Origin: Clostridiales bacterium
GTDB taxonomy: Bacteria > Bacillota > Clostridia > Saccharofermentanales > Saccharofermentanaceae
NCBI GenBank assembly: GCA_017513085.1
Contig: JAFWDK010000006.1
Coordinates: 9,661-73,660, forward strand
Direction: 5' to 3'
DNA: 64,000 nt
Shown: in pieces, positions 49,438-59,769 of the stretch
Layout: the number at the start of each line of letters is the position of its first letter
Numbering within the stretch: the stretch's first letter is position 1
Made by a program: the position numbers and the translations under genes
Notes under the pieces: generated by a model
What the model was told of the DNA's origin: nothing
Database searches by the model: none
The model's input: only the letters and a program-made list of their open reading frames with translations

Positions 49438-50673
49438 ATGTCTTCAGAAACACCGTCCACTTCAGTCTCTTCCCCGAAAACCAAAGGAAGTTCTTTTCTC
49501 TGGACTCTTCGTTATACGCTGATCAATGCCACATACTTCTCCGCATTCTGCACGATCCACGCATGCGCCGCCGTGTTTCTTCTCGGCAATGGTTTTTCGA
49601 ACACGGAAGTCGGCGTGCTTCTGGCTGTGGCAAACATCATTTCCGCAATCGTTCAGCCGGTCATTGCCGGTATCATCGATAAGCAAGGCGCGCTGACGAA
49701 CCGGCGTTTCATCCTGATATCCGTCTTAACGATCTTATCCGGATCGGTCCTTCTCTTGTTTTCCGCAAACAACAAAGCGGTGATCTTCCCTGTCTTTGCC
49801 CTGATCTATATGATTCAGTTCGCTTACCAGCCTGTCATGACCGCGCTCTGTTTTGAATATCAAAAAGCGGGTGCGCCGATCGTCTACGGCCTCGCGCGCG
49901 GCTTGGGCTCAGCCAGTTTCGCCATTACCTCAGCCTTCATCGGCGGGCTGATCGAGAAGCAAGGGATCACGATCCTGCTTTACATCAATATCGTTGTCAT
50001 GCTTCTTTCCGCGATCCTGATCTTTACTTTTTGGAAACCGAAGAACGAAGTGTCCGCTTCGGACCCCGAGTCTGCCAAGTCTTCCGGCAACACTTCCCTT
50101 ATCTCCTTTATCCGCGCTTATCCTGCTTTCTCTTTGTTTCTTGTCGGAGTCATCTGTTTTTTCTTCGCGCATAATATGATCAACGATTTCATGATCCAGA
50201 TCATCAGAAATCTTGGCGGTGGTGAAAGAGAACTGGGGTATGCCAACTTCCTTCAGGCGATTCTGGAACTTCCCGTCATGGCAATGATCGGTCTGATCCT
50301 AAAGAAGATTTCCGCCAAGAGCCTCTTACTTCTCTCCGGAGTAGCGTTTTTCGTGAAGATCCTGATCCTGATCTTTGCATCCAATATGGGACACATGTAT
50401 CTCAGCCAATGCTTCCAGCTTCTGGCTTATGCCGTGTTCATACCGGCAGCTGCGTATTACGTCAGCAAAACCATGGCCGACCATGATCAGGTCAAAGGTC
50501 AGGCCTTTGTGACCAGCTGCATTACCATCGGCGGAGTATTCTCAAATCTTATCAGTGGCGTGATCCTCGATCATTTCGGCATCCGCCCCATGCTCATCAC
50601 CGGCACGGTCGTCTGTGCAATCGGCGTTCTCATCGGGTTTGTCGCCATGGTGAAACTGCCTTCCAGAAAATGA
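49438..50673 (+). CDS. MFS transporter
   Basis: About 12 TM helices; YGLARGLGS motif of LacY/NHS-like MFS proteins. Confidence 0.88.
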   Translation: MSSETPSTSVSSPKTKGSSFLWTLRYTLINATYFSAFCTIHACAAVFLLGNGFSNTEVGVLLAVANIISAIVQPVIAGIIDKQGALTNRRFILISVLTILSGSVLLLFSANNKAVIFPVFALIYMIQFAYQPVMTALCFEYQKAGAPIVYGLARGLGSASFAITSAFIGGLIEKQGITILLYINIVVMLLSAILIFTFWKPKNEVSASDPESAKSSGNTSLISFIRAYPAFSLFLVGVICFFFAHNMINDFMIQIIRNLGGGERELGYANFLQAILELPVMAMIGLILKKISAKSLLLLSGVAFFVKILILIFASNMGHMYLSQCFQLLAYAVFIPAAAYYVSKTMADHDQVKGQAFVTSCITIGGVFSNLISGVILDHFGIRPMLITGTVVCAIGVLIGFVAMVKLPSRK

Positions 50674-50678
50674 CCCTC

Positions 50679-51539
50679 TCAGCAATTCCCGGTATACACG
50701 TATTTTAGTTTTTCCCGGGCTATAGCGGCTAGCGCATAGACATCCTTAACTGCCGTTGCTTTTGCATCCGTCATTTGAAATCTCGGAAAAAACCTCGATA
50801 CGTGAAACGGCACTTCCTCTCCTATGACCCGTCCGTTTCCATCCTGTAAAGATGCGACCCAGGACACCATCTCGCGCATCATTTCCTTCTCCGCGCTTAT
50901 TCCCGGCACAGCCAGGCAAGTCAGTTCCACATGAGCGATCTTTACCGCCTCGGAAACAAACGCCTTCGTCATGGCAAGGCTTCCCCCGAGCACGTCTTTG
51001 TAGATGCTTTCCGAAAAGCACTTGATATCAATATTCATGGCGTCGATATAGGGACCGATCTCCCGAAGGACGGATAATTCCGCCGTCCCGTTTGTCACCA
51101 GAACATTCTTCAGTCCTTTATGATGCGCAATCTTCGCCGTATCGCGCACAAACTCATATCCGACGAGCGGCTCGTTATATGTATATGCTATGCCGATATT
51201 TCCTTCGTTTTGATATTTTTCAGCAACCCGGACAAGCTGCTCCGGCTCGACCACATCCGCCGATTCCTCCCAGCGCTCTACTCCCTCTCCCCAGGATATC
51301 TCGCTGTTCTGACAAAACGGGCAACGGAGATTACAGCCATAGCTGCCTACCGACAGGATCATGGATCCGGGCATAAAACGGCGTAATGGTTTTTTCTCGA
51401 TCGGATCAAGAGCAATCGAAGTGATGCGGCCGTAATTCTTCGCCACGACTTGCCCGCCCGAAGCAACCCGAGCGCCACAGACTCCATATTGTCCTTCGCT
51501 CAATTCACAATGTCGGAAACAAACCTGGCACTTCGTCAC
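50679..51539 (-). CDS. amrS: AmmeMemoRadiSAM system radical SAM enzyme
   Basis: CQVCFRHC, LDPIEKKPL, CNLRCPFCQN, AYTYNEP, YVYTGN; GTG start 51539. Confidence 0.9.
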   Translation of the reverse strand: MTKCQVCFRHCELSEGQYGVCGARVASGGQVVAKNYGRITSIALDPIEKKPLRRFMPGSMILSVGSYGCNLRCPFCQNSEISWGEGVERWEESADVVEPEQLVRVAEKYQNEGNIGIAYTYNEPLVGYEFVRDTAKIAHHKGLKNVLVTNGTAELSVLREIGPYIDAMNIDIKCFSESIYKDVLGGSLAMTKAFVSEAVKIAHVELTCLAVPGISAEKEMMREMVSWVASLQDGNGRVIGEEVPFHVSRFFPRFQMTDAKATAVKDVYALAAIAREKLKYVYTGNC

Positions 51540-51555
51540 TTTTTCCTCTGCTCCC

Positions 51556-52983
51556 TCACACGTGGCGCACAACTTCGAAGCGTTGCAGCGAGTAGTTCTC
51601 ATGTTCCGCAATACCGCCTTTGCGCATCGCTATCGAAACTTGCTCATCAACCGTATCCACACCGTCCAGATCAGGAAGAAGCAAGCCTCGTCTTCCATCA
51701 CGCGTCGACACTATAACACCGTATCGCTTCACATCCAGCTCGGATCTTGAATCGATCGGTTCCGCCTCACCTAAAACATCCACGTTGATCTCCAGCCAGG
51801 CCAGTTCCTCCTCCCGGATCGGATCGAATCTCGGATCACGGGTACTCGCACTGATGGCATTATTAATGATCTCCTGCGCCAGGCTTGGCGTTGTCGGCGC
51901 AATCGTTCCGATGCATCCCCGGAGCATGCCTTGTTTATGTATCGATACAAAAGCACCGGCCTTTGTATCCTGAAGCTCCTGCGGGATCGTAACACCTTCT
52001 TTTTCCAGGATCAGAAGCGCCTCCGGAACACGAAGTTTCTTTTTCTCCCGGATATAGCTTTCCAAAGAAAGCCTTGCCAGGCGCACAAACGCATCCGACG
52101 AGGCACGCTTATCGGCAAGTGCTTTTTCCTTTTCAGAAAGATAAATCTTCAAGAACCGTCGTTCCTCCCGGGTTTCACTTGAAGCCTTCGGATAGAAAGT
52201 ACAGATACCGTACCCCACGCCGGTAACATCCTGATGGCAAAGCGCCCTGGCCTCTACGTCGATTCCGTCCCAGGCGCCGGCCATGATGACAAAAGAACGA
52301 TGTCCGCATTCTGCTGCCTTATCGCAGAATGCTTCCTCGAAGTCGAACAGTTCGCCAAAAGCACCGCGCCCCATGACATCCATGATCCGCTCGTCGTACA
52401 CCGGTCCTTCCGGCGCAAAACCATATGGCCCATAGTCCTGAAGTTTGTGGGAAAGATCACCACTGGCCACGATCACGACTTTACGGTTCAGCGCATTGAC
52501 CGCCCGTGCCAGGATCGTACCGAATTGATAATGGTCGGCCAGAGGAAGTCCGGAAAGGCCTATCCTGACGATCTTTCCTCCCTTGTATGCATTGCGGATA
52601 AACCATAGCGGCACCATCGTGCCGTGGTCCAGATCCGGTTCCTGTTCTCCCATGGTTCCTGCCGAAAAGTTCTCGTGATACGCGATTTCACTGATCTTAT
52701 CCACAAGTTCTTCATCATACTCTTCGGAGAATTTCACATCCGGTGCACGGAAATAAGAAAATGAGCCCTTCGCTTTTTTTCCGGGGGATATATGAAAATA
52801 GTCCGCATAGAGTGTCGCATGCGGACTGGTGATCACGATCGTGTCCGGCGAAAGGGCAGCGATCTCTCCGGCAACCTGCTCGTACGCACGAATCGTTTCT
52901 TCAACTCGTTTTTCACTTCCACGTCCGACTGAAGGGACGATCATCGGAGGGTGGGGAACCATAAAAGAAGCCAGGACAGACAT
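51556..52983 (-). CDS. amrA: AmmeMemoRadiSAM Memo/LigB-like plus AMMECR1 fusion protein
   Basis: PHPP, SPH, DHG, ASGDLSH, AECG, then GAFVSI..LRGCIGT, DPRF, GLLLPDL. Confidence 0.9.
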   Translation of the reverse strand: MSVLASFMVPHPPMIVPSVGRGSEKRVEETIRAYEQVAGEIAALSPDTIVITSPHATLYADYFHISPGKKAKGSFSYFRAPDVKFSEEYDEELVDKISEIAYHENFSAGTMGEQEPDLDHGTMVPLWFIRNAYKGGKIVRIGLSGLPLADHYQFGTILARAVNALNRKVVIVASGDLSHKLQDYGPYGFAPEGPVYDERIMDVMGRGAFGELFDFEEAFCDKAAECGHRSFVIMAGAWDGIDVEARALCHQDVTGVGYGICTFYPKASSETREERRFLKIYLSEKEKALADKRASSDAFVRLARLSLESYIREKKKLRVPEALLILEKEGVTIPQELQDTKAGAFVSIHKQGMLRGCIGTIAPTTPSLAQEIINNAISASTRDPRFDPIREEELAWLEINVDVLGEAEPIDSRSELDVKRYGVIVSTRDGRRGLLLPDLDGVDTVDEQVSIAMRKGGIAEHENYSLQRFEVVRHV

Positions 52984-53045
52984 AAGAATACCTTCCTTTC
53001 GTATCCGGTATCCCCTCGCATCCGGAATACCGGAGCGCCGACAGA

Positions 53046-53609
53046 TCAATCTCCGATCGGCTCGCCTTTTCCGTTAAACAGCGGGAGTTTTTCAATGTAT
53101 CGGATATCGTCTCTCTTCGCCGCGTCACCTTCCGCCAACACGCATACGCGTCCGGCCACTTCGCCACCGCAAAGTCTGACTAACTCCTCCATCGCACGAA
53201 GAGAACCACCGGTCGAGACAACATCATCCACAAGAAGCACACGCTTTCCGCGGATCAGATCTGCATCGTCTCTTCCGAGATAAAGCCTCTGCACACCTCT
53301 TGTGGTAATGGAGGTATCCTCGACCGAAATCGGATCCGGCATATAGTTTTTGAGACCTTTTCTGGCTACAAAATATTTTTTCGATCCGGATTGTCTTGCC
53401 ATTTCATGTGCAAGCGGAATACCCTTGGCCTCCGCCGTAAATATGTAATCATACTCCTCATGAGGCATCAGTTTCAGAAGTTCCCTGCCGCAAGCTTCCG
53501 TGATCTGCGCATCGCCAAAGCAGATAAATGCGGCGATATAAAGATCATCGGCAATCTTACAAAGAGGGAGTTCTCTCTCCAGACCTGCTATTGTCATCTT
53601 ATATTTCAT
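53046..53609 (-). CDS. Adenine phosphoribosyltransferase-like protein
   Basis: TAEAKGIPL, ARK, VLLVDDVVSTGGS PRPP-binding loop. Confidence 0.88.
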   Translation of the reverse strand: MKYKMTIAGLERELPLCKIADDLYIAAFICFGDAQITEACGRELLKLMPHEEYDYIFTAEAKGIPLAHEMARQSGSKKYFVARKGLKNYMPDPISVEDTSITTRGVQRLYLGRDDADLIRGKRVLLVDDVVSTGGSLRAMEELVRLCGGEVAGRVCVLAEGDAAKRDDIRYIEKLPLFNGKGEPIGD

Positions 53610-53655
53610 GTTGTATCCTCCCTCGTTTATCTTGTCTGATCTTGGGGTCCAAGCA

Positions 53656-54690
53656 CTAGTCCATCTTCACTTCATCAAGAAGGGCGAAGCGATATCCTTC
53701 GCCTTCCAGATATGTCAGAACAGAATCCAGCGCCGCTTCATTGGCCGAAGAATCATTGTGCATCAGGATCACTGCGCCGTTATGGTGTCTTCTCTTAAAG
53801 CTGGCCAGAACATCTGCCGGGTCAGGCTGATTGTTCTGATCGTAATCGTAAAGCGCAAAACTCCAGAACACTGTTGTGTAGCCGCAATCGCGGACAATAC
53901 TGAGCAACCGCTTGGTATAAGAACCCGTCGGCGGACGGAAGAACTTGTCGATCTCATAACCGGTCTTCTCGTAGAAATACTCCTCCACATCAAGGATCTC
54001 GGCAATGATATCTTCTACTGTCCGGACAGTCAGGTCAGTATGCGAAACCGTGTGGTTGCATACCATGTGTCCTTCCTGCTTCATGCGGACGCAATAATCG
54101 GAACACTCTTCGAGATACATCTTGGTCACAAAGAAGTTTGCCTTTACATTATGTGCTTTCAACGTATCAAGAATATTCTTCGTCCGGTTCGAAGGGAAAC
54201 CGCAGTCGAAGGTCAGATATACGACCTTGTCGTCGTCCTTGGCGTTCTTATCCACATAAAAGGCGTTATATTCCGAAATATTGAAATATTCGTAGGATCC
54301 GGACTGCTCATGGTTATCCTTCAGGATATAGCACCACGTATCTTCCGCCACATTGTTCAGTGAGTTATAGTACGCCACGTCATTGAGCATATACTCGCGG
54401 ATGCACTCCACACGATCGATCGGATTATTCACGTTTTCATAAAGGATTGATGGATTCTTATGTCCTGTGCCGTCATCGGCATTTCGGGTCGACATAGCAG
54501 TTTCGAGCGTGGTGGTGGTTTCTTCCGAACTACTGGAAGAAGTACTTGCTTCACTTCCCGAAGCAACGATCAGCGATGTATTTTCTGTCTGTGTCGTACT
54601 CTCGTCTTTACTTTTGCAACCTACAGATGCATTTCCGAAAAGGAAAACCGTTGTCATCAACAAAGCTAGTCTGCGTTTTTTCATATTCAT
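53656..54690 (-). CDS. Polysaccharide deacetylase (CE4, PdaA-like) lipoprotein
   Basis: SVGC lipobox, Ser/Thr linker, YLTFDCG, NHTVSH, FRPPTG, ILMH. Confidence 0.9.
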   Translation of the reverse strand: MNMKKRRLALLMTTVFLFGNASVGCKSKDESTTQTENTSLIVASGSEASTSSSSSEETTTTLETAMSTRNADDGTGHKNPSILYENVNNPIDRVECIREYMLNDVAYYNSLNNVAEDTWCYILKDNHEQSGSYEYFNISEYNAFYVDKNAKDDDKVVYLTFDCGFPSNRTKNILDTLKAHNVKANFFVTKMYLEECSDYCVRMKQEGHMVCNHTVSHTDLTVRTVEDIIAEILDVEEYFYEKTGYEIDKFFRPPTGSYTKRLLSIVRDCGYTTVFWSFALYDYDQNNQPDPADVLASFKRRHHNGAVILMHNDSSANEAALDSVLTYLEGEGYRFALLDEVKMD

Positions 54691-54871
54691 TCGTCTCCGT
54701 GCGTCCGAAGTCCTGATTCCACGGGAAACTTCACCCGTTCTCCGGCGCATACACATTATAACATACCTACGCCTGTGAAATAGGGTTTTCCAAACAAGAA
54801 TTCACTGAACCTGCAAATAGTATTTGACCAGCTGCAGAAAGCCGGAACGAATGCTCCGAAAGTATTGTTCA

Positions 54872-57028
54872 TTAACCGAAATAGATGTTTCCTTTCCTGT
54901 CGATCGTGAAGATCTCGCAATCGGTAATGAAATAGTCTCCATAACAGTCATCGATCTCGAATCCGTAATAGTAGACACCTTCAGGCAAGAATGCATAATC
55001 CAGCTGATCTCCGTCTTTCCATGTATAACTGTCGCCATACATCTCCGAATCGTCGTCAAGATAGTATACCGGCTCGATCTTATCTCCCTTTTTCAGCGGT
55101 CGGATCTCGCGGTCGGAACAGCCGTTATCGTCGATTCCGTCCCAGACACCTTCCACCACGGTCGAATAGTCAAGATACTGTCGCACACGCAGATTCGTCG
55201 GTTCGCCATTCAGCAGGATCGGAGATGTATAAACCGTATAGTCGTCACCCCAGTCCGCGACAAACATGGTCAGCAGATCTCCGCTGGGAAGCGAGAGCCA
55301 GTATCCGTCAAAATTGTCCCGGAATTCGCCCTTATCCCAGTCAGCGTAAATATCATCTGTCTCACCCAAACAGATCAAAGTTTCGTCGTCCACTTCATAG
55401 AAAACATAAGCCACTACAGAAGATGTATATTCCAGAGAATCCCGGCTTAGTACAAAACCGAATCCGTCCTGGGTGCTGGACGGTTCCTGTGCAAAAGAGA
55501 TCAGTTCACTCTCTTCTTCATCTCCATAGTCATAATCAAAATACGAATCATCAAAATAATCGTTGGAACCGTTATGGATGACCCAGTCTCCCTCATCATC
55601 AAAGAACGCGTCATTCGAGTATCCTTGATCCGAATAACCTCTTGCCACCATATCCACTAAAGACAGATAGTAAGGGCTGATGCATACACCGGAGAAGATG
55701 CCGATTTCGTTGGAACCTTGCACCTGAAGCGGATAGTAGATCGAAAGCCCGGATGCACCGGCATGCGTTTCCCCGTTCTTGTTGTATACGATACAGTTCT
55801 TGAGTGCTTCGAGCGCCGAAGTGCCATCCGCATAAGAGGAACACTTCTCTATGATCCCTCCGACATCCACCATATTCGTGTAACCTTCAGACCGGTTATT
55901 GCCGCCGAAGTTATCTGCACTCTGTGCTCCTCTTACGACGCCTGCCAGATCACCGGAAGCTGCTTCGTATAGTTTTTTTGCGTAGTCATTGAACGCTACG
56001 GCAAATGCATCAAACTTGTCCAGATCCACGACCGTAAACGTACATTCACTTTCCTGCCAGATCGCTTCGCATTCGGCATAGAAACTATCTGCAACTACCT
56101 TTCCTAATGCCGCACCATCCGCCTGATCGTTCTCAGCCAGATAGCTTCCGATCGTTGTGTAATTCCATCCGGAACCGGGCTCCATTTCCTCGGAGCCATA
56201 AAAATACCGGGCATAGGTTGCAAGAATATTCGCACTTTCCACACTTCCCATCAGGCAGCAGTCAAATCCGATAAATTCAAATCGGTCACTCATTTTTTCA
56301 TAGGCCTTGGAGAGGGCCTGATTGATTTCCAGCAAAGAAAGAGAATCGTCGTCGTGCAGTTCATCAAAGCAGACGCCGGTAATGCTTCCGCCTCCATGAT
56401 TCCAGAACACCACACCCATCTTTTCGGCCGGATAGTTCTCTACTCCCCAAGTTAAAAAGTCGGATAACGTGGACGATTCACCCATGCTTCGCAGAGGCAC
56501 GGCATCCACCCGTTCAATATTCTGATTCGCGATAACATAGCGTTCACAGGATTTATTGGAAACCACGTTGTTCATCCATTCAGAGGTTCCTCCGGTCTGC
56601 ACGACAAAACGTACATTGCCGCTTCCTTTGGCCTGGATCATCTGATCGAGGTCATCGGTAGCCATTCCGTTTTCATCCTCACTTTCCAGATCCGTACCAC
56701 AAAGGTAAACAAAGATCGTCCAGCTTCCGGTATTCCCCATGGGCGCATCTTTCTTTTTGGCACGGGTTATACTCAAATCACCGCTGGATCCGTCAACGGA
56801 CATGGTAAAGCCGGAATCACCGCTACTACTGTCGCTCTTGGCATCTTTCGAAGGATCCTTGCTTTCTTCTTCGGACTCTTGCGATGTATCCTCTTTTGTC
56901 GTACGACTCGTATCGATCTGCGTCTCTTCCGTTTTAGTGGATTCCGAATCTTCCCAATCCTCGATATCACAAGCAGAAAAGCACATCGCTACAGATAGCA
57001 GCAATGCCAATATCGTCCTTTTTTTCAT
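54872..57028 (-). CDS. Clostripain-family (C11) cysteine peptidase lipoprotein
   Basis: FSAC lipobox, WTIFVYLCGTDLES, WNHGGG (His), FDCCLMG (Cys), SEEMEPG, GLSIYYP. Confidence 0.92.
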   Translation of the reverse strand: MKKRTILALLLSVAMCFSACDIEDWEDSESTKTEETQIDTSRTTKEDTSQESEEESKDPSKDAKSDSSSGDSGFTMSVDGSSGDLSITRAKKKDAPMGNTGSWTIFVYLCGTDLESEDENGMATDDLDQMIQAKGSGNVRFVVQTGGTSEWMNNVVSNKSCERYVIANQNIERVDAVPLRSMGESSTLSDFLTWGVENYPAEKMGVVFWNHGGGSITGVCFDELHDDDSLSLLEINQALSKAYEKMSDRFEFIGFDCCLMGSVESANILATYARYFYGSEEMEPGSGWNYTTIGSYLAENDQADGAALGKVVADSFYAECEAIWQESECTFTVVDLDKFDAFAVAFNDYAKKLYEAASGDLAGVVRGAQSADNFGGNNRSEGYTNMVDVGGIIEKCSSYADGTSALEALKNCIVYNKNGETHAGASGLSIYYPLQVQGSNEIGIFSGVCISPYYLSLVDMVARGYSDQGYSNDAFFDDEGDWVIHNGSNDYFDDSYFDYDYGDEEESELISFAQEPSSTQDGFGFVLSRDSLEYTSSVVAYVFYEVDDETLICLGETDDIYADWDKGEFRDNFDGYWLSLPSGDLLTMFVADWGDDYTVYTSPILLNGEPTNLRVRQYLDYSTVVEGVWDGIDDNGCSDREIRPLKKGDKIEPVYYLDDDSEMYGDSYTWKDGDQLDYAFLPEGVYYYGFEIDDCYGDYFITDCEIFTIDRKGNIYFG

Positions 57029-57223
57029 ACGCGAACCCCACTCCTCACTATATGCTGACGCCGTTTTCGAACCATACTGATCCGGAAGCGCAGCTAACCC
57101 GAAAACAGTATAACACATCCTTTAGAGATAACCACGCAAGGATTCCCGGTGCCTCTTCAGTTGAAGCGGCCGTATTTATGTCGTATGATTTTATATGTAT
57201 TTCAGAAGAATCGGGAGAACATT

Positions 57224-57883
57224 ATGAAGAGCAAAAAAGGAATCATCTTTGATATGGACGGAACCGTCTGGGACAGCTCCGAAAACGTAGCCAGATCGTG
57301 GACAGAAAAAGTCCGTGAAGCAGGATTTGACAAAGTTATCACGCAAAGTGACATTCAAAGTGTCATGGGAAAACCGATGGACGTGATCGCGGATACTCTC
57401 TTTACCTTTACCCGTAAAGGTAAGCAAAGAAATGCTCTTCGCGAGGCTTGTGAAAACAACGAAAACGAATATCTCCGAAAACACGGCGGGATCCTTTATC
57501 CGAATGTGATCGAGACATGGGAAGCACTCAAAATAGACGGTTACCACCTTTACATCGTGAGCAACTGTCAGGCCGGATATATCGAAGCCTTTCTCGAGTA
57601 TTACAAGATCGAATGGGGAAAGCCATCCTGCCTCATTGAAGACATCGAGTGCTACGGTAATAATTTCCTGCAGAAAGACGAGAATATAAAACTTCTTGCC
57701 GAGCGCAACAAGTTGACCTCTGCCTGCTATGTAGGAGATATCCAGAGTGATTACGATGCCACCATAAAAGCCGGGTTTCCTTTCATTCACGCTACTTACG
57801 GCTTCGGAAGCATTGATGCATCTGTCCCCGTGATAAAGAAATTCAGTGATTTGACCACAGTCGTCAAGGAGGTCCTCAAATGA
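57224..57883 (+). CDS. HAD-family hydrolase (phosphoglycolate phosphatase-like)
   Basis: IFDMDGT, IVSN, YVGD..SD, YGFG. Confidence 0.92.
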   Translation: MKSKKGIIFDMDGTVWDSSENVARSWTEKVREAGFDKVITQSDIQSVMGKPMDVIADTLFTFTRKGKQRNALREACENNENEYLRKHGGILYPNVIETWEALKIDGYHLYIVSNCQAGYIEAFLEYYKIEWGKPSCLIEDIECYGNNFLQKDENIKLLAERNKLTSACYVGDIQSDYDATIKAGFPFIHATYGFGSIDASVPVIKKFSDLTTVVKEVLK

Positions 57884-58935
57884 ACAAAGATCATATTTCC
57901 ATTCCATCTATACTTAAGATCGAGCAAGGTGTCACATCCAAGATCGGCTCATATCTCAAAGACGCAGATCTGACCGAGGTCACCATTCTTTTCGGGAATG
58001 GTCTGATTTCGATGTTCGGCGAGAAGGTCTTCAAGTCCTGCGAAGATGCCGGCGTCAACATTCTTCACCACCAGGAAATGGATACGGTGGAATTTAATGA
58101 CATTACCAATCTTGCCTTCCAGCTTCCCAACAAGACGCAAGCCATAATCGGAATGGGTGGCGGCAAGGTTATCGATGCGGCTAAGTATATCGGTTACATT
58201 CTTCACATTCCGTTTATCAGTGTGCCGACCAGCTCCTCATCAGATGGTTTTTCCAGCTCAAGTGCTTCGCTGACCATCGGAGGTCACAGAAGGTCACTTC
58301 CGGCCAAACTGGCTTTCGGGATCCTTGTGGATACAGAAGTGATCAAGAGTGCCCCGGTAAGGTTCCTTTATTCCGGCATCGGAGATATGGTCGCCAAGAT
58401 CTCCTCGACTTACGACTGGCAGCACGAAGAAGATCTCGGATATACGGAAGTAAACGACTTTGCTTTCATGATTGCCAAGAAAGCCGTCAACTCTTTTGTC
58501 CGTACACCTTTTGAAACCATCCATGAAGATCTTTTTCTCAAGGAACTTCTGGACTCTCTCGCAATGAGTGGAATTGCCAACGAGATCTGCGGTTCTTCCG
58601 CACCGACATCCGGCAGCGAACATCTTATTTCCCATGCATTGGATCAGATCCTGGAAAAACCGCAGCTTCACGGCGTTCAGGTAGGCATAGCGACTTACAT
58701 CATGTGCAAGATCTGCAATCACCGTTACCAGCGGATCGATACTGTCTTTACCAAGACCGGCTTCTGGGACTATTGCGCCACACTGGATCTGAAAGCTTCA
58801 GATTATTGCAACGCAGTCGATATGGCTCCTCAGATGAAGCCGCACCGGCATACGTATTTGCACGAAGAAAAATATAGAGAACTTGCCAAGAAACTCATCA
58901 AAGAAGATCCGAAACTTACAGCGATCCTGAAGTAA
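57880..58935 (+). CDS. Glycerol-1-phosphate dehydrogenase-like protein (EgsA/AraM, DHQS/Fe-ADH superfamily)
   Basis: GGGKVIDAAK, PTSSSSDG, SGSEHLISH, LHGVQVG. Confidence 0.85.
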   Translation: MNKDHISIPSILKIEQGVTSKIGSYLKDADLTEVTILFGNGLISMFGEKVFKSCEDAGVNILHHQEMDTVEFNDITNLAFQLPNKTQAIIGMGGGKVIDAAKYIGYILHIPFISVPTSSSSDGFSSSSASLTIGGHRRSLPAKLAFGILVDTEVIKSAPVRFLYSGIGDMVAKISSTYDWQHEEDLGYTEVNDFAFMIAKKAVNSFVRTPFETIHEDLFLKELLDSLAMSGIANEICGSSAPTSGSEHLISHALDQILEKPQLHGVQVGIATYIMCKICNHRYQRIDTVFTKTGFWDYCATLDLKASDYCNAVDMAPQMKPHRHTYLHEEKYRELAKKLIKEDPKLTAILK

Positions 58936-58946
58936 ATCATCAGATG

Positions 58947-59216
58947 CTAAGTAAGAGATGATCTATAAAGACAAACTACCGTCTCGACGGGATTTTCATT
59001 GTCCAAACTCATATATAGTTCCTCATCCCCAATTATCGGCAGGGAGAACACTATCTGCTTTAGCCACTGCCCATTAGGTTGCTTGTTCTCGTAAATGTTG
59101 ATTTCCTTGATGAGAATAGAAAGTAATTCATGCTTCTCACTACCATCCATTTTATAATAGAGAGTACCTATTGCTTTAGCAAATTTACAATAACTTTTGT
59201 AATATACGTTTTTCAT
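58947..59216 (-). pseudogene. C-terminal remnant of a large serine recombinase
   Basis: EKHELL..LIKEINIYE..QPNGQWLKQIVFSLPI...SLDNENPVETVVCL; catalytic domain absent. Confidence 0.75.
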
Positions 59217-59410
59217 AAACGTTTGATGCGTGTTATCAAATTCAGAAATAAATTCTCATCAACCAAGCAATATAATTCATTTTTAGATTTAAGTTTCATG
59301 TAATCATTGAAATGTTGTTCCTTATCTTGAGGATAAATACTGTGCAAATATCTATTCCTTAAGTCTTTACCATTGCTATACTCAGATTTATTAAGCATAT
59401 AGATTTTTAT
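59213..59410 (-). pseudogene. Fragment with HEPN-like RxxxxH motif
   Basis: YMLNKSEYSNGKDLRNRYLH; very AT-rich; no credible start. Confidence 0.45.
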
Positions 59411-59469
59411 TTGTGCGCTTTGTATGGAAAAACTGCCGACAGCCCTGAAAGCCGCCAACAGCATCGGAT

Positions 59470-59631
59470 TCATTCCCCGGATTCTTTTGCATCCTTTTCC
59501 TTAAGTTCCGCCAGAATCTCCGAACCGTATTTCTGGATCATACGCGCCAGAAAATCCGCGCATTGCTCCATGTTCAGCCTTGCCTCTTTCTCCGTTAGGC
59601 AGCCGTTGTCAACCAGAACATAACCTTCCAT
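59470..59631 (-). CDS. Small hypothetical protein, 53 aa (not in the ORF track)
   Basis: AAGGAGGTG RBS; MEGYVLVDNGCLTEKEARLNMEQCADFLARMIQKYGSEILAELKEKDAKESGE*. Confidence 0.65.
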   Translation of the reverse strand: MEGYVLVDNGCLTEKEARLNMEQCADFLARMIQKYGSEILAELKEKDAKESGE

Positions 59632-59693
59632 GCATCAGGCACCTCCTTCTACTGTTCAAAGGAGATTTCCACGCCAATTTTCTGACTTTCAGG

Positions 59694-59739
59694 AAAAAAA
59701 GCCTGCGGACATCGGGATTTCTCCCAATGCCCACAGGCT
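59694..59739 (-). terminator. Terminator of the four-gene cargo cassette
   Basis: AGCCTGTGGGCATTGGG / CCCGATGTCCGCAGGCT plus T-run. Confidence 0.8.
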
Positions 59740-59769
59740 CGATAAAGATTCATGATTCAGTTTATAATC

